Shown here one piece after another: positions 46,446-54,940 of a stretch of 64,000 nt of DNA. The stretch is taken from NCBI GenBank assembly GCA_963809295.1, contig CAWEJA010000013.1, positions 87,656 through 151,655 on the forward strand, in the 5' to 3' direction. The notes under the pieces are model-generated. The model saw only the letters and a list, made by a program, of their open reading frames with translations, made no database searches and was not told the DNA's origin. The position numbers were made by a program, and so were the translations under genes. The DNA comes from Terriglobia bacterium (GTDB lineage: Bacteria > Acidobacteriota > Terriglobia > Terriglobales > Acidobacteriaceae). Numbering within the stretch: position 1 is the stretch's first letter; the number at the start of each line of letters is the position of its first letter.

Positions 46446-48287
46446 CTATTTCTTTACTCTGCGCTGATGGGTGCTGGGGATGCGCATGTCTTCCCGATAC
46501 TTCGCGACGGTGCGGCGGGTGACCTGTATGCCCTGCGATTGAAGAATCCTGGTGATCTGCTCGTCGGTCAACGGCCGGTTCGGGTCTTCTTCCTCGATAA
46601 GCTTTTTGACCCGGCGCTTGAGGATGAGCAGCGACGTGTTGCCACCCTGGGGGCCGTTCACGCTTTCGCTGAAGAAATACCGCAATTCGAAAACGCCCTG
46701 GGGAGTATGAGCGTACTTGTTGGCGACCGCGCGGCTCACGGTGGAAGGATGCACGCCGATTTCTTCGGCGACCTCCTTGATCATCATGGGCTTGAGCTGG
46801 TCGATGCCCTTTTCCAGGAAATCCTGCTGCCGGGTGACGATGGAGTAGCAGACTTTGGTGATGGTCTGCTTGCGCTGCTCGATGTTTTTGATGAGCTGAA
46901 TGGCGCTCTTGTAGCGCTCTTTGACGTAGTTGCGCGTGTCCTTGTCATTGCCGTCGCGGGTAAGCAGTCGCTTGTAGGCTGGGTTCAGGCGCAGCACGGG
47001 AACGTCGTCTTCGTTCATCATGACCAGCCACTCGTCGCCGTGCTTGATGAAAGCGACGTCAGGCTCGATCAGGCGCGGCTGGCTCTTGTTGTAGCGCAGA
47101 CCAGGACGCGGGTCCAGAGTACGAATGTATTCCAACGCTTCCTGCACGGCTTCCGGCGGACGATTGATGGCGCGCGCAATTTCCTTGTACTGCTTGTTCT
47201 GCAGGGCGCGCAGATGCTGATCCACGATGGCAACGGCGTCAGAAAGAACCTGCCCGACCGCTTCGCCGTTGCCGTTCTTGTGGGTAGCCAACTGATGCTG
47301 GTGATAGCGCAGCTGATAGAGCAGGCAATCGCGCAAGTCGCGGCAGGCGACTCCCGGCGGATCCATCTGGCGCACCAGGTCCAGAGCTTCATGCAGGTCC
47401 TGTAGTTTGAAGCTGGGCTTGTAGGCTGCCTGAGAGGATTTGCGCGGGGGGGCAGCATTGGGCTGAGGCGAGACAGCCGGAGCCGGCACCGGGATTTCAG
47501 GGGCAGTCGCGTCGGGCGCAGTTGCTTCTGGAGCGGCGGCAACCGCGGTTCCTGCAGCGCTCCCTGACGAGTCCAAGTCGACGTCGCCGGCATGCGCCCA
47601 ATCGGGCTGCCCGTTGCCAGTCTCGTCCAGGGACGCGTCGAGTTTATCTTCTTCTACAAGTTGCTCGGCATCTTGCTCGCCATCTGTAGAAAGGCCGAGC
47701 GCGGCAGCTTCTTTCACCACATTAGCGGCGATGGTGGCATCGACTTCGGGCGGAGCGGGGGGAGCTGTGCCCAGCAACTCGTCGTCGCTGGCGATCAGGT
47801 AGCCATCTTCACTCAGGTTGCCGATGATGATTTCGGCGGCTTCCCGCACTTCCGGAGTTACCGACAGAGCGCCGAGCTGCCAGGCCAGATGGTCGGAGAG
47901 TGTCGTGGGCTTCGAGAGAAAATTTTCGAACGACGGACGCTCGATTTCTTCCATCTCGCCGCGGCTGCGATAGCCGGGATCGAGATATTCCTGGAAGAAT
48001 GAGCCGAAATCGATTTCCTCGAAAGGATCCTTCTTCTCGACTGCGGTAACGGTGTTTTCTTCAGGGGCAACCCGTTCGCGTTCTTCTTCGCGGCGCACCG
48101 CGTCGTCGAGCAGGGGGACGGAGTCTTCCAGTTCCTCAAGAACCGGATTCTCGACCATCTCGGCGGTGATCATGTCGCGGAGCTCAAGCTTGTTGAGGGC
48201 CAGCACGCTGACCATCTGCACGAGGCCAGGAGTCAGGATCTGCCTCTGCGAGACTTTCAAATGCAGCTTGGGTTGAAGTAAAACCAT
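46446..48287 (-). CDS. rpoN: RNA polymerase sigma-54 factor
   Basis: 613 aa. Region I LKVSQRQILTPGLVQMVSVLALNKLEL, core-binding DPPGVACRDLRDCLLYQL, HTH and RpoN box TRRTVAKYREDMRIP. Contains an insertion of roughly 105 aa, acidic and Ala/Pro-rich. Confidence 0.95.
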   Translation of the reverse strand: MVLLQPKLHLKVSQRQILTPGLVQMVSVLALNKLELRDMITAEMVENPVLEELEDSVPLLDDAVRREEERERVAPEENTVTAVEKKDPFEEIDFGSFFQEYLDPGYRSRGEMEEIERPSFENFLSKPTTLSDHLAWQLGALSVTPEVREAAEIIIGNLSEDGYLIASDDELLGTAPPAPPEVDATIAANVVKEAAALGLSTDGEQDAEQLVEEDKLDASLDETGNGQPDWAHAGDVDLDSSGSAAGTAVAAAPEATAPDATAPEIPVPAPAVSPQPNAAPPRKSSQAAYKPSFKLQDLHEALDLVRQMDPPGVACRDLRDCLLYQLRYHQHQLATHKNGNGEAVGQVLSDAVAIVDQHLRALQNKQYKEIARAINRPPEAVQEALEYIRTLDPRPGLRYNKSQPRLIEPDVAFIKHGDEWLVMMNEDDVPVLRLNPAYKRLLTRDGNDKDTRNYVKERYKSAIQLIKNIEQRKQTITKVCYSIVTRQQDFLEKGIDQLKPMMIKEVAEEIGVHPSTVSRAVANKYAHTPQGVFELRYFFSESVNGPQGGNTSLLILKRRVKKLIEEEDPNRPLTDEQITRILQSQGIQVTRRTVAKYREDMRIPSTHQRRVKK

Positions 48288-48452
48288 AGTCGTCGGTCGT
48301 CAGTCTTCAGTCGTCAGAAAACAGTCGTCAGTCCTCAGTCGTCAGGAAAAACAGGTTTCAGAAAATCAGTTGTCAGTTTTCAGTTGTCGGTTGTCAGAAA
48401 AATCTGCGCAGTCGTCTGGCTGACGACCGAAGACCGACGACTGATGACTGCA
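48288..48452. repeat. Heptanucleotide array cluster filling the lptB-rpoN intergenic region (inverted arms)
   Basis: Plus strand: GTCGTCG GTCGTCA GTCTTCA GTCGTCA .. GTTGTCA GTTTTCA GTTGTCG GTTGTCA .. then inverted TGACGAC CGAAGAC CGACGAC TGATGAC. On the mRNA-sense (minus) strand the rpoN-proximal units read CTGACGA CTGAAGA CTGACGA. Confidence 0.75.
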
Positions 48453-48455
48453 CTT

Positions 48456-49184
48456 TCACACTAACGAGAAACTTTCGCCCAGATATACCTTGCGGACCTG
48501 AGGATCGCTCGCCAGTTGCTCAGGCATGCCCGAGGCTAAAATCCTTCCACCATCAATAATGTAGGCCCGATCCGTGACCGCCAGGGTTTCGCGGACGTTG
48601 TGATCCGTGATCAACACTCCAATTCCGCTGGCTTTCAGATCGCTGATGATCTTCTGCAGATCAAGCACGGCAATCGGGTCGATCCCGGAAAACGGCTCGT
48701 CGAGCAAAATGAATGTGGGGTTGATGCACAAAGCGCGGGCAATTTCCACACGCCGCCGCTCTCCCCCGGAAAGAGCGTATCCCCGATTTTGCCGGATATG
48801 CTCCAGGCCCAACTGATCGATCAGCTCTTCCATTTTTTCCCGGCGCTCGTGCCAGGAAATAGGCTGGGCTTCCAGCACGGCGAGAATGTTCTCCTCTACC
48901 GTGAGCTTGCGGAATACCGAAGCTTCCTGAGGGAGGTAACTGATGCCGTACTGGCGTGCCCGCAAATACATGGGCACATCCGTGATCTCTTCCTCGTCGA
49001 TAAGCACCCGGCCGGTGTCGGGAGGTATCAGACCGACAATGGTGTAAAAGGTTGTGGTCTTGCCGGCGCCGTTAGGTCCAAGCAAACCAACAACTTCGCC
49101 CTGCCCGACTCGAATACTGACCCCATTTACAACCCGGCGCCCACGATAGGATTTGCCGATTTCGTCGGTGGCCAGGGTACGCAT
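48456..49184 (-). CDS. lptB: LPS export ABC transporter ATP-binding protein
   Basis: 242 aa with Walker [10 protein letters not shown], signature [15 protein letters not shown] and Walker B ILLDEPF. The ATG directly abuts the stop of the upstream Lpt gene, and rpoN lies downstream. Confidence 0.95.
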   Translation of the reverse strand: MRTLATDEIGKSYRGRRVVNGVSIRVGQGEVVGLLGPNGAGKTTTFYTIVGLIPPDTGRVLIDEEEITDVPMYLRARQYGISYLPQEASVFRKLTVEENILAVLEAQPISWHERREKMEELIDQLGLEHIRQNRGYALSGGERRRVEIARALCINPTFILLDEPFSGIDPIAVLDLQKIISDLKASGIGVLITDHNVRETLAVTDRAYIIDGGRILASGMPEQLASDPQVRKVYLGESFSLV

Positions 49185-51491
49185 TTAACGTGCCACTCGC
49201 GTCTGAGTGACTGTAGGGGATGAGTTATCGCCTTCTACGAGGACCCTATCATCGTGTCTAAATAAAGTCAACGAAACCCCGGTAATCTTGCCATGTTCGG
49301 CATCAAAAATGCTGGGCGGTCCGCCGGTAAGGACAAACTTGTCGTCGGACGAGGTGTAAACCAGCTGATCGCCGGTCGCCTTTCTGCCCGGCTGGGTGAT
49401 GACTACCTGCTCCCTGGCAACGATGCGATCGATCTTTCCAGTGCCGGCACCCGTACTTGAGCCAATGCCTGCAACCGGTTGATTTGGTGCAGTTTGATCC
49501 CGCGGCTGCAGGAATATATCCATCTCACGCGAGACGATTGTGAGGTCTGCGCCTTTGGACTGCACACCCTCTTCGAAGTGAGCCTTGCGTTCGCTGTCGG
49601 CGTAGCTAAGGCGCGAAGAAGTGATCTTTACCGGCGTGACTTTTCCGCTCTTCTCAGTTTGAACCAACACTGTGGAAACGGATTGGGAGGGCGATCCGCA
49701 GGCGACAACCGAACGACGGGTGCGGTCGAACTCGATTGAGTGCGCCTCGATGACGTTGGCGTCCTGCCAAAGGCGAGCGTCTCCGGTGTAGACAGCGACG
49801 GCTGGGCTGCTGTGAGCAGTCATGGATCGGGCGGTGACGTGAATGGGGCTGGAAGATGCCAGAAGCGCGCCACTGGGTTGGGCTTTCAGGTCGCTGTAGG
49901 TGCTCTTGACGTCGCCGTCCGCGAAGGCGTCGCCGGTAGTACGGTTCATGCGCATGGTGCGCGCGGTGGTGGTCATGCCGCCATCGATGATCCTCGGGGA
50001 AGCGGTGAGAACAAGGATCTGGTCGGCTGGTGTGTAGCTGGCGTGGCCGCCCCATGCCTTACGCTCGCCATCCTGGTAGGCCACGCTTCCCTGCTGTGCA
50101 ATGGAATCAATGCCTCCGCCGGGATGAAACGATGCGTCCAGCGCGGTGCTGGTGCTGACGCGGTCAGGCTGCCCGGGAGATTGCGACACGATGCGAGCTT
50201 CCGGCGCGCCGTGGACTGCGGCTAGTTGTCCCAGGTCGTCGAAGCGGGCCTGGAACTTGCCCGCCGAAATCAGGGTCTGGCCGGTAGCCGGGGCGATTGC
50301 GCGGATGGCAATCTGGGCTGCTCCCGAAGTATCGGCGCGGCGGAGACGGCGACCACCCGCCAGCAGGAAATCGATGACCGAGGCCGTGACTTCGACCTCC
50401 TGTCCCTCGGCATCGTGCGCCTCAGGATCATGGCCGCCGGCGGACGCTTTGGCAGCTTGCTGGCGCTGCATCAGCTTGACATTTTCCTGGGTGTGTACGG
50501 TGGCAAGCACATTGTTCCTGGTGAAGTTCAAGACGACCCGGCCGGCAGTTCCCTGCATAGGCTGGGCACCTGAACTCTCCATGCGCACGTCTCCCGAAAA
50601 GGTGGCGGTGCGGAGTGTGTCCTGCCGCTCCAGCATGAGCAACTCCAGTTGATTGGACTGCACCTTCGCGGAACTTACGCCTTGCGACTCAACGCGAACA
50701 TTGCCGCTGGCGAGAATGCGATCCACAGCGTTGTCTGGACGCAGAAAAAGCGTGCCTTTGTCGGCCGATGCGCTCCGGGAAGTGTTTAGTATCCGGGGAA
50801 GGTCGAGAGTAACTACACGCGGATTCTTGTTGATCGTACCGCTCGCGGCGGTCAGGGTCGCGGACGTGGAACCGTGGAAGTTGACGGCAACCTGGGACTG
50901 CAGTGTGAGTACCGCAGTGTTGGCCACATAACTGAGCCCCAGTGCCGATCCGTTAGCCTGGGGAATACTGAACTCCACTTTTTCCTTGGTGGAGGCGTTC
51001 CCCGTCTTCTGGTTAAAAAGCAGGTTGGTGGTAGTGAGGTGGAGGGGATTCTTCAGTTCCTTGGGAGCAGCCTGATCGGGATGAGTCAAACCCTCCGGAT
51101 TAGCCTCGAGGTCCATCTGGACCTCGCCCTTGCCCATGACATCGCCGGACTGGGGATCATATTCAAAATCTGCGCCGTAGATCTGGTCGAAGCGACTGGA
51201 ATCGCGCCCGTAAAGTGTGATGGTGACATCGTGCAACTCGGCGTGCCCGCCTTGCTTGAATTGCACCGCTTTGCTGGCCTGAACTTTGAATAGCGTGTGC
51301 CCTTGCTCGGAGCGGGAGACGGTAAAGCCCTGGGCGCTCTGCTGCACTTCAATTCCAATTTTCCCGGGCACGTCCTTGAGCGCATTCTGCACCCTGTGGC
51401 GGGCGTAGAAATACACCGCCGCAACCACCAGCACCAGGCCGATGGCACCTGCCGCAAACCAGCGCCGGAGACGGGAAATGGAGAGGGGCAT
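49185..51491 (-). CDS. LptC-like anchor fused to multiple LptA/OstA-like repeats
   Basis: 768 aa. N-terminal TM (WFAAGAIGLVLVVAAVYFYA), an LptC-like segment (GFTVSRSEQGHTLFKVQASKAVQFKQGGHAELHDVTITLYG), several OstA-N-like beta-jellyroll repeats, and a final repeat ATGDQLVYTSSDDKFVLTGGPPSIFDAEHGKITGVSLTLF typical of LptA. Confidence 0.78.
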   Translation of the reverse strand: MPLSISRLRRWFAAGAIGLVLVVAAVYFYARHRVQNALKDVPGKIGIEVQQSAQGFTVSRSEQGHTLFKVQASKAVQFKQGGHAELHDVTITLYGRDSSRFDQIYGADFEYDPQSGDVMGKGEVQMDLEANPEGLTHPDQAAPKELKNPLHLTTTNLLFNQKTGNASTKEKVEFSIPQANGSALGLSYVANTAVLTLQSQVAVNFHGSTSATLTAASGTINKNPRVVTLDLPRILNTSRSASADKGTLFLRPDNAVDRILASGNVRVESQGVSSAKVQSNQLELLMLERQDTLRTATFSGDVRMESSGAQPMQGTAGRVVLNFTRNNVLATVHTQENVKLMQRQQAAKASAGGHDPEAHDAEGQEVEVTASVIDFLLAGGRRLRRADTSGAAQIAIRAIAPATGQTLISAGKFQARFDDLGQLAAVHGAPEARIVSQSPGQPDRVSTSTALDASFHPGGGIDSIAQQGSVAYQDGERKAWGGHASYTPADQILVLTASPRIIDGGMTTTARTMRMNRTTGDAFADGDVKSTYSDLKAQPSGALLASSSPIHVTARSMTAHSSPAVAVYTGDARLWQDANVIEAHSIEFDRTRRSVVACGSPSQSVSTVLVQTEKSGKVTPVKITSSRLSYADSERKAHFEEGVQSKGADLTIVSREMDIFLQPRDQTAPNQPVAGIGSSTGAGTGKIDRIVAREQVVITQPGRKATGDQLVYTSSDDKFVLTGGPPSIFDAEHGKITGVSLTLFRHDDRVLVEGDNSSPTVTQTRVAR

Positions 51492-51563
51492 CTGGGGACA
51501 GTGTAATTCAGGCGCAGGCGGACACTTCTAGTTCATCAACGTTCGAGGACATTTTGCCTAAAA

Positions 51564-51600
51564 CCAGTTCCCGGTTCTCCGTTTCAAGTTCTCAGAACTT
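51564..51600. repeat. Heptamer-type repeat ending in a 15-bp palindrome
   Basis: CCAGTTC CCGGTTC TCCGTTT CAAGTTC.. with AAGTTCT-C-AGAACTT at 51586-51600. Lies between two same-strand genes. Confidence 0.45.
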
Positions 51601-51603
51601 GGA

Positions 51604-53991
51604 CTAGAAACTCTGGTCCATGGTGATCTCCTGCACCATGCGATCGAGTTTCTCTTGTTCCTGAATGTGCTTCTCCTGCAAGTCGGACGTCTCTTTGTTC
51701 AAGGTATTGAGCCGGTCCTCCTGGGAGTCGAGTTGGCGTGTGTAACGTTGCAGGAGAGCCTTTTCTTCTGCGCTGCCTTTCAGGGCTTTCATATTTTCGC
51801 GCAGGCGCGCCTGGTCCTTCGTGATTGTTTCCAGTTCTTGCTGGCGCGATTTGAGCTGTGTCTCAAGGCTGGACAGCTGGTTCTTTTGATCAAGGACCCG
51901 GCGGAAGACCTCCTGCAGGGCTGGCGTGATCCGGCCCTGCTGGGTGAGGAAAACGACCTGCTCGTTATTCAGGTTTGTAAGTTGATAGCTCGACTCCAGG
52001 GGATGGTATTCCTCGACTGAAAGGTCGGCGGTCTTTTCTGGATCCACTGCCACTCGAAAACGGTAGAACGACGCGGAGGTTTCTTCCGGCTTAGGCCCCT
52101 CGGCCAGCTTCCACCCTTCCCGCAGCGGGTGCTCGATTACGACCTGGCGCGGCGAAGTATCCGAGTTCCGGATCGCGTACTTGACGATTCCTCGCTCTTC
52201 ACGGGTCAGAATCATTGTGCCCTTCGCGATACGAACATGGCTGACGGGCTTTTCACTGGACTCTGTATCCACCTTGAGGTGGACGGCAGTGTCAGCGGCA
52301 TAGGAGAGCAATCGTCGTTCACTGGGATGGACCGTGTCGATCAGGCCCTCGCCGGCGAAGGTGTCACCTTCCACGATGTTGAAGGTGCCCGAGTCCAAGG
52401 TAAGACCGCTGGAGTTTGTGATCCAGAGCGCACGTAGCGCTCGTCCAGGTTTTTCATCATCGTCGTCGCTGTCTGTGTTGCCTGGAGATAAAAGGGTAAC
52501 TTTTTCAACATCGATGTGGGACTGCAGGATGGGCACCAGTGCCGACTGGTTCTTGCCGATGGTAATTTTCTGCTTGACGTCGTATTCGAACATTTCTCCC
52601 ACGCCCTTGCCTTCAGCCTCGGCTCCCTGCTTGCTCATGGCGCTCGACAGCATGGACGATGAGGTTTTGATGGTTGTTGCCTCCGCCCTGACTTCAACCG
52701 TCTCGGCAGCTGTGCCGAGTTGGAGGGTGGCGTGAATCTCGTTGGTGCGTCCCACGCCCAAGTAGAAGTTGGAAAGCGCATAACGCTGGAAGCCCGGGGC
52801 ATCGACGAAGAGCGCCGAGTTGCCGGCAGGAACGTTGTAGAGGTGATAGGCACCAGTGTTATCAGTAACCGCCGTTTGGGAGGCGCCAGTCTCTTCGTTC
52901 CGGATGGTGACCCGAGCCCCCGCGACGGAAGCGCCTGAGGGGTCCTTAACCGTTCCTTGCAGACCGCCTGTACCGCCGGCAAAGGTAGGTGGTGGAGCCG
53001 CCGAAGGAGTATTCATTGTGCTTTCGTGAGTTTGCGGCGTCAGCATCATCGATTCGGGAAGAGCCACAACGGGGCGGCGAGCATAGTAGGGTTGGGAGAT
53101 GTCCTGAATGAACGACTGCGGCGCTCCCGCCACGAGCGAGAGCTGGACATCTTTCCAGTCCTCTCCAACCGTGTTGTCCACGATAGCCCAGCCTTGCAGA
53201 AGCGGCTTCTCTCCCGCTTTCTGGGGCAGAATGATGCGGTAGGTGCTCTTCCAGATGGGGACCTCGCTGATGTAGCTGACGAAAATGTCGCGGTCGCCGG
53301 TTCCCGTAGCCGAGATCGTCATGCGTCGAAGATCGCGAGCGCGAGAAGATCCGACAAGGTTCAGGTAGCGGCCGACCTCGTCGCTCAGGTCGCGCTCGGC
53401 GAGCCGAACGGACGTGGATGGGCCAAGGTCGAAGTTCCGCATCTCACCCGTGTCCGACACGATGGAAAACTCGGTCACGTCATAGAAGTCGCCCTTGCCA
53501 TTGGCTCGTCTCTCTTTCTCGACGCTCAGGAGGCGGCCGGTGCTAGTCGATGAGCCGTTGTGCACCTCGACACGAGCCCCGCGCATGGCGGCAAGAAAAT
53601 CGGCACGCGTGACCTGCTCTCCAAACGGCAGACGCAAAGTCTTCAGACGCTCGTCGAGCGGCGCGGTGGAGTTATAGCGGACCCCTGAAATTTTGCCTTC
53701 GCCGAGATCGACCGCGGTCAGAGATTTCAGCACATCGTTTAGCTGGGCAGTGGTGAAGTCGATGGTCAGGTCCTGATTGCCGTGCACTCGGGCGGAATGC
53801 TCGAAGTATCCGACACCGTTTTTGTAGAGGACGACGCGCTTGACTGGAAGCCGACCCGTCGATTCACTCACGGCTGGGACTGGGGCCGCGACCGGCGATT
53901 TTGCCGTCTTGGCGGGGTCAGTCTTGGTCTGGGCGCCGGCAAGGGGGAGTAGCGAGAGGGTGACCGCGAAGGAAAGAATGGCCCGACGCAC
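51604..53991 (-). CDS. DUF4139-like protein with embedded carboxypeptidase-regulatory-like domain and C-terminal coiled coil
   Basis: 795 aa from GTG 53991 (GGAGGTG upstream). Signal peptide VRRAILSFAVTLSLLPLAGAQ, N-terminal LPVKRVVLYKNGVGYFEH, central GTVKDPSGASVAGARVTIRNEETGASQTAVTDNTGAYHLYNVPAGN, and a heptad-rich tail. The DUF name is by recollection. Confidence 0.75.
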   Translation of the reverse strand: MRRAILSFAVTLSLLPLAGAQTKTDPAKTAKSPVAAPVPAVSESTGRLPVKRVVLYKNGVGYFEHSARVHGNQDLTIDFTTAQLNDVLKSLTAVDLGEGKISGVRYNSTAPLDERLKTLRLPFGEQVTRADFLAAMRGARVEVHNGSSTSTGRLLSVEKERRANGKGDFYDVTEFSIVSDTGEMRNFDLGPSTSVRLAERDLSDEVGRYLNLVGSSRARDLRRMTISATGTGDRDIFVSYISEVPIWKSTYRIILPQKAGEKPLLQGWAIVDNTVGEDWKDVQLSLVAGAPQSFIQDISQPYYARRPVVALPESMMLTPQTHESTMNTPSAAPPPTFAGGTGGLQGTVKDPSGASVAGARVTIRNEETGASQTAVTDNTGAYHLYNVPAGNSALFVDAPGFQRYALSNFYLGVGRTNEIHATLQLGTAAETVEVRAEATTIKTSSSMLSSAMSKQGAEAEGKGVGEMFEYDVKQKITIGKNQSALVPILQSHIDVEKVTLLSPGNTDSDDDDEKPGRALRALWITNSSGLTLDSGTFNIVEGDTFAGEGLIDTVHPSERRLLSYAADTAVHLKVDTESSEKPVSHVRIAKGTMILTREERGIVKYAIRNSDTSPRQVVIEHPLREGWKLAEGPKPEETSASFYRFRVAVDPEKTADLSVEEYHPLESSYQLTNLNNEQVVFLTQQGRITPALQEVFRRVLDQKNQLSSLETQLKSRQQELETITKDQARLRENMKALKGSAEEKALLQRYTRQLDSQEDRLNTLNKETSDLQEKHIQEQEKLDRMVQEITMDQSF

Positions 53992-54151
53992 TGATACACC
54001 TCCGTCTTTTGCAGCGGGAGTGTAGCACCAAGGCGGATCGCAAAAGAGTGGCTTGTTAGCGTCGCCCGAAGCTGAAAAACGGGCTGACGCCCGCACCCCA
54101 TACGCAAAATCCGGGGATGGCCCTAACTCAAATATGTAAACTCAGAGCACG

Positions 54152-54940
54152 ATGAAAGTGGACGAACCTGCTCTGCTGGACTTGCAGAATGTCACTGTAA
54201 TGCGGGGACAGAAAATCGTTCTGGAGAGTTTCAGCCTTCGTATCCGCGGCGACGAACATGTGGCGATTCTGGGGCCGAACGGCTGCGGCAAATCGACTCT
54301 GATCAAGACCATCACGCGCGAATGCTATCCCGTATCCCAGGAAGGCTCTTCGATGACCATTCTGGGGCAGGAGCGCTGGGATGTTTTCGAACTGCGTTCG
54401 CTGCTGGGCATTGTCTCGAACGATCTCATGTCCAGATGCACGGGCGAGGCTTGCGGACGCGATGTGGTCCTGTCCGGCTTCTTCAGCAGCACTCGCATCT
54501 TTCCACATCATACGGTCGATCCCAGGCATCGGGAACTGGGGGATGCCGCTCTTGAGCAATTGCAAATATCGCACCTGGCGGAACGCCCGGTCGCGGAAAT
54601 GTCGTCCGGGGAAGCGCGCCGTGTGCTCATCGCCCGCGCCCTGGTTCACAAACCACGGGCACTGTTGTTTGATGAACCGAGTAACTCGCTCGACGTTTTC
54701 GCCCGGCAGAGTTTGCGTCAGACCATGAGCTCACTGGCGAGAGCAGGCATTGGGATCATTCTGGTTACACATGACCTTTCCGACGTGATCCCGGAGATCG
54801 AGCGCGTACTGCTGATGTCGACTGGACGAATCGTCGCGGAGGGACCTAAAGATCAGATGCTTCAGCCAGAGCACCTGGAAGATTTGTTTGGAATCAAAGT
54901 GGAAATGGCGCGGCACAACGGTTATTACCACTTATGGTGA
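54152..54940 (+). CDS. ABC transporter ATP-binding protein (orphan ATPase, ModF-like)
   Basis: 262 aa with Walker A GPNGCGKST, signature MSSGEARRVLIARAL and Walker B LLFDEPSNSLD. No permease gene is adjacent. Confidence 0.88.
   Translation: MKVDEPALLDLQNVTVMRGQKIVLESFSLRIRGDEHVAILGPNGCGKSTLIKTITRECYPVSQEGSSMTILGQERWDVFELRSLLGIVSNDLMSRCTGEACGRDVVLSGFFSSTRIFPHHTVDPRHRELGDAALEQLQISHLAERPVAEMSSGEARRVLIARALVHKPRALLFDEPSNSLDVFARQSLRQTMSSLARAGIGIILVTHDLSDVIPEIERVLLMSTGRIVAEGPKDQMLQPEHLEDLFGIKVEMARHNGYYHLW

Noticed and set aside
48288-48452. Repeat-rich intergenic block considered as a possible CRISPR array
   Set aside because: The units are 7 nt long, contiguous and degenerate, with no 25-40-nt repeats separated by unique spacers. 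No cas genes are present in the window. The other arrays (13645, 42901, 57505, 58202) have the same structure.
54932-54940. 9-nt overlap of the convergent recJ and ABC ATPase 3' ends
   Set aside because: Short convergent overlaps are common in compact genomes and nothing else is unusual at this site.
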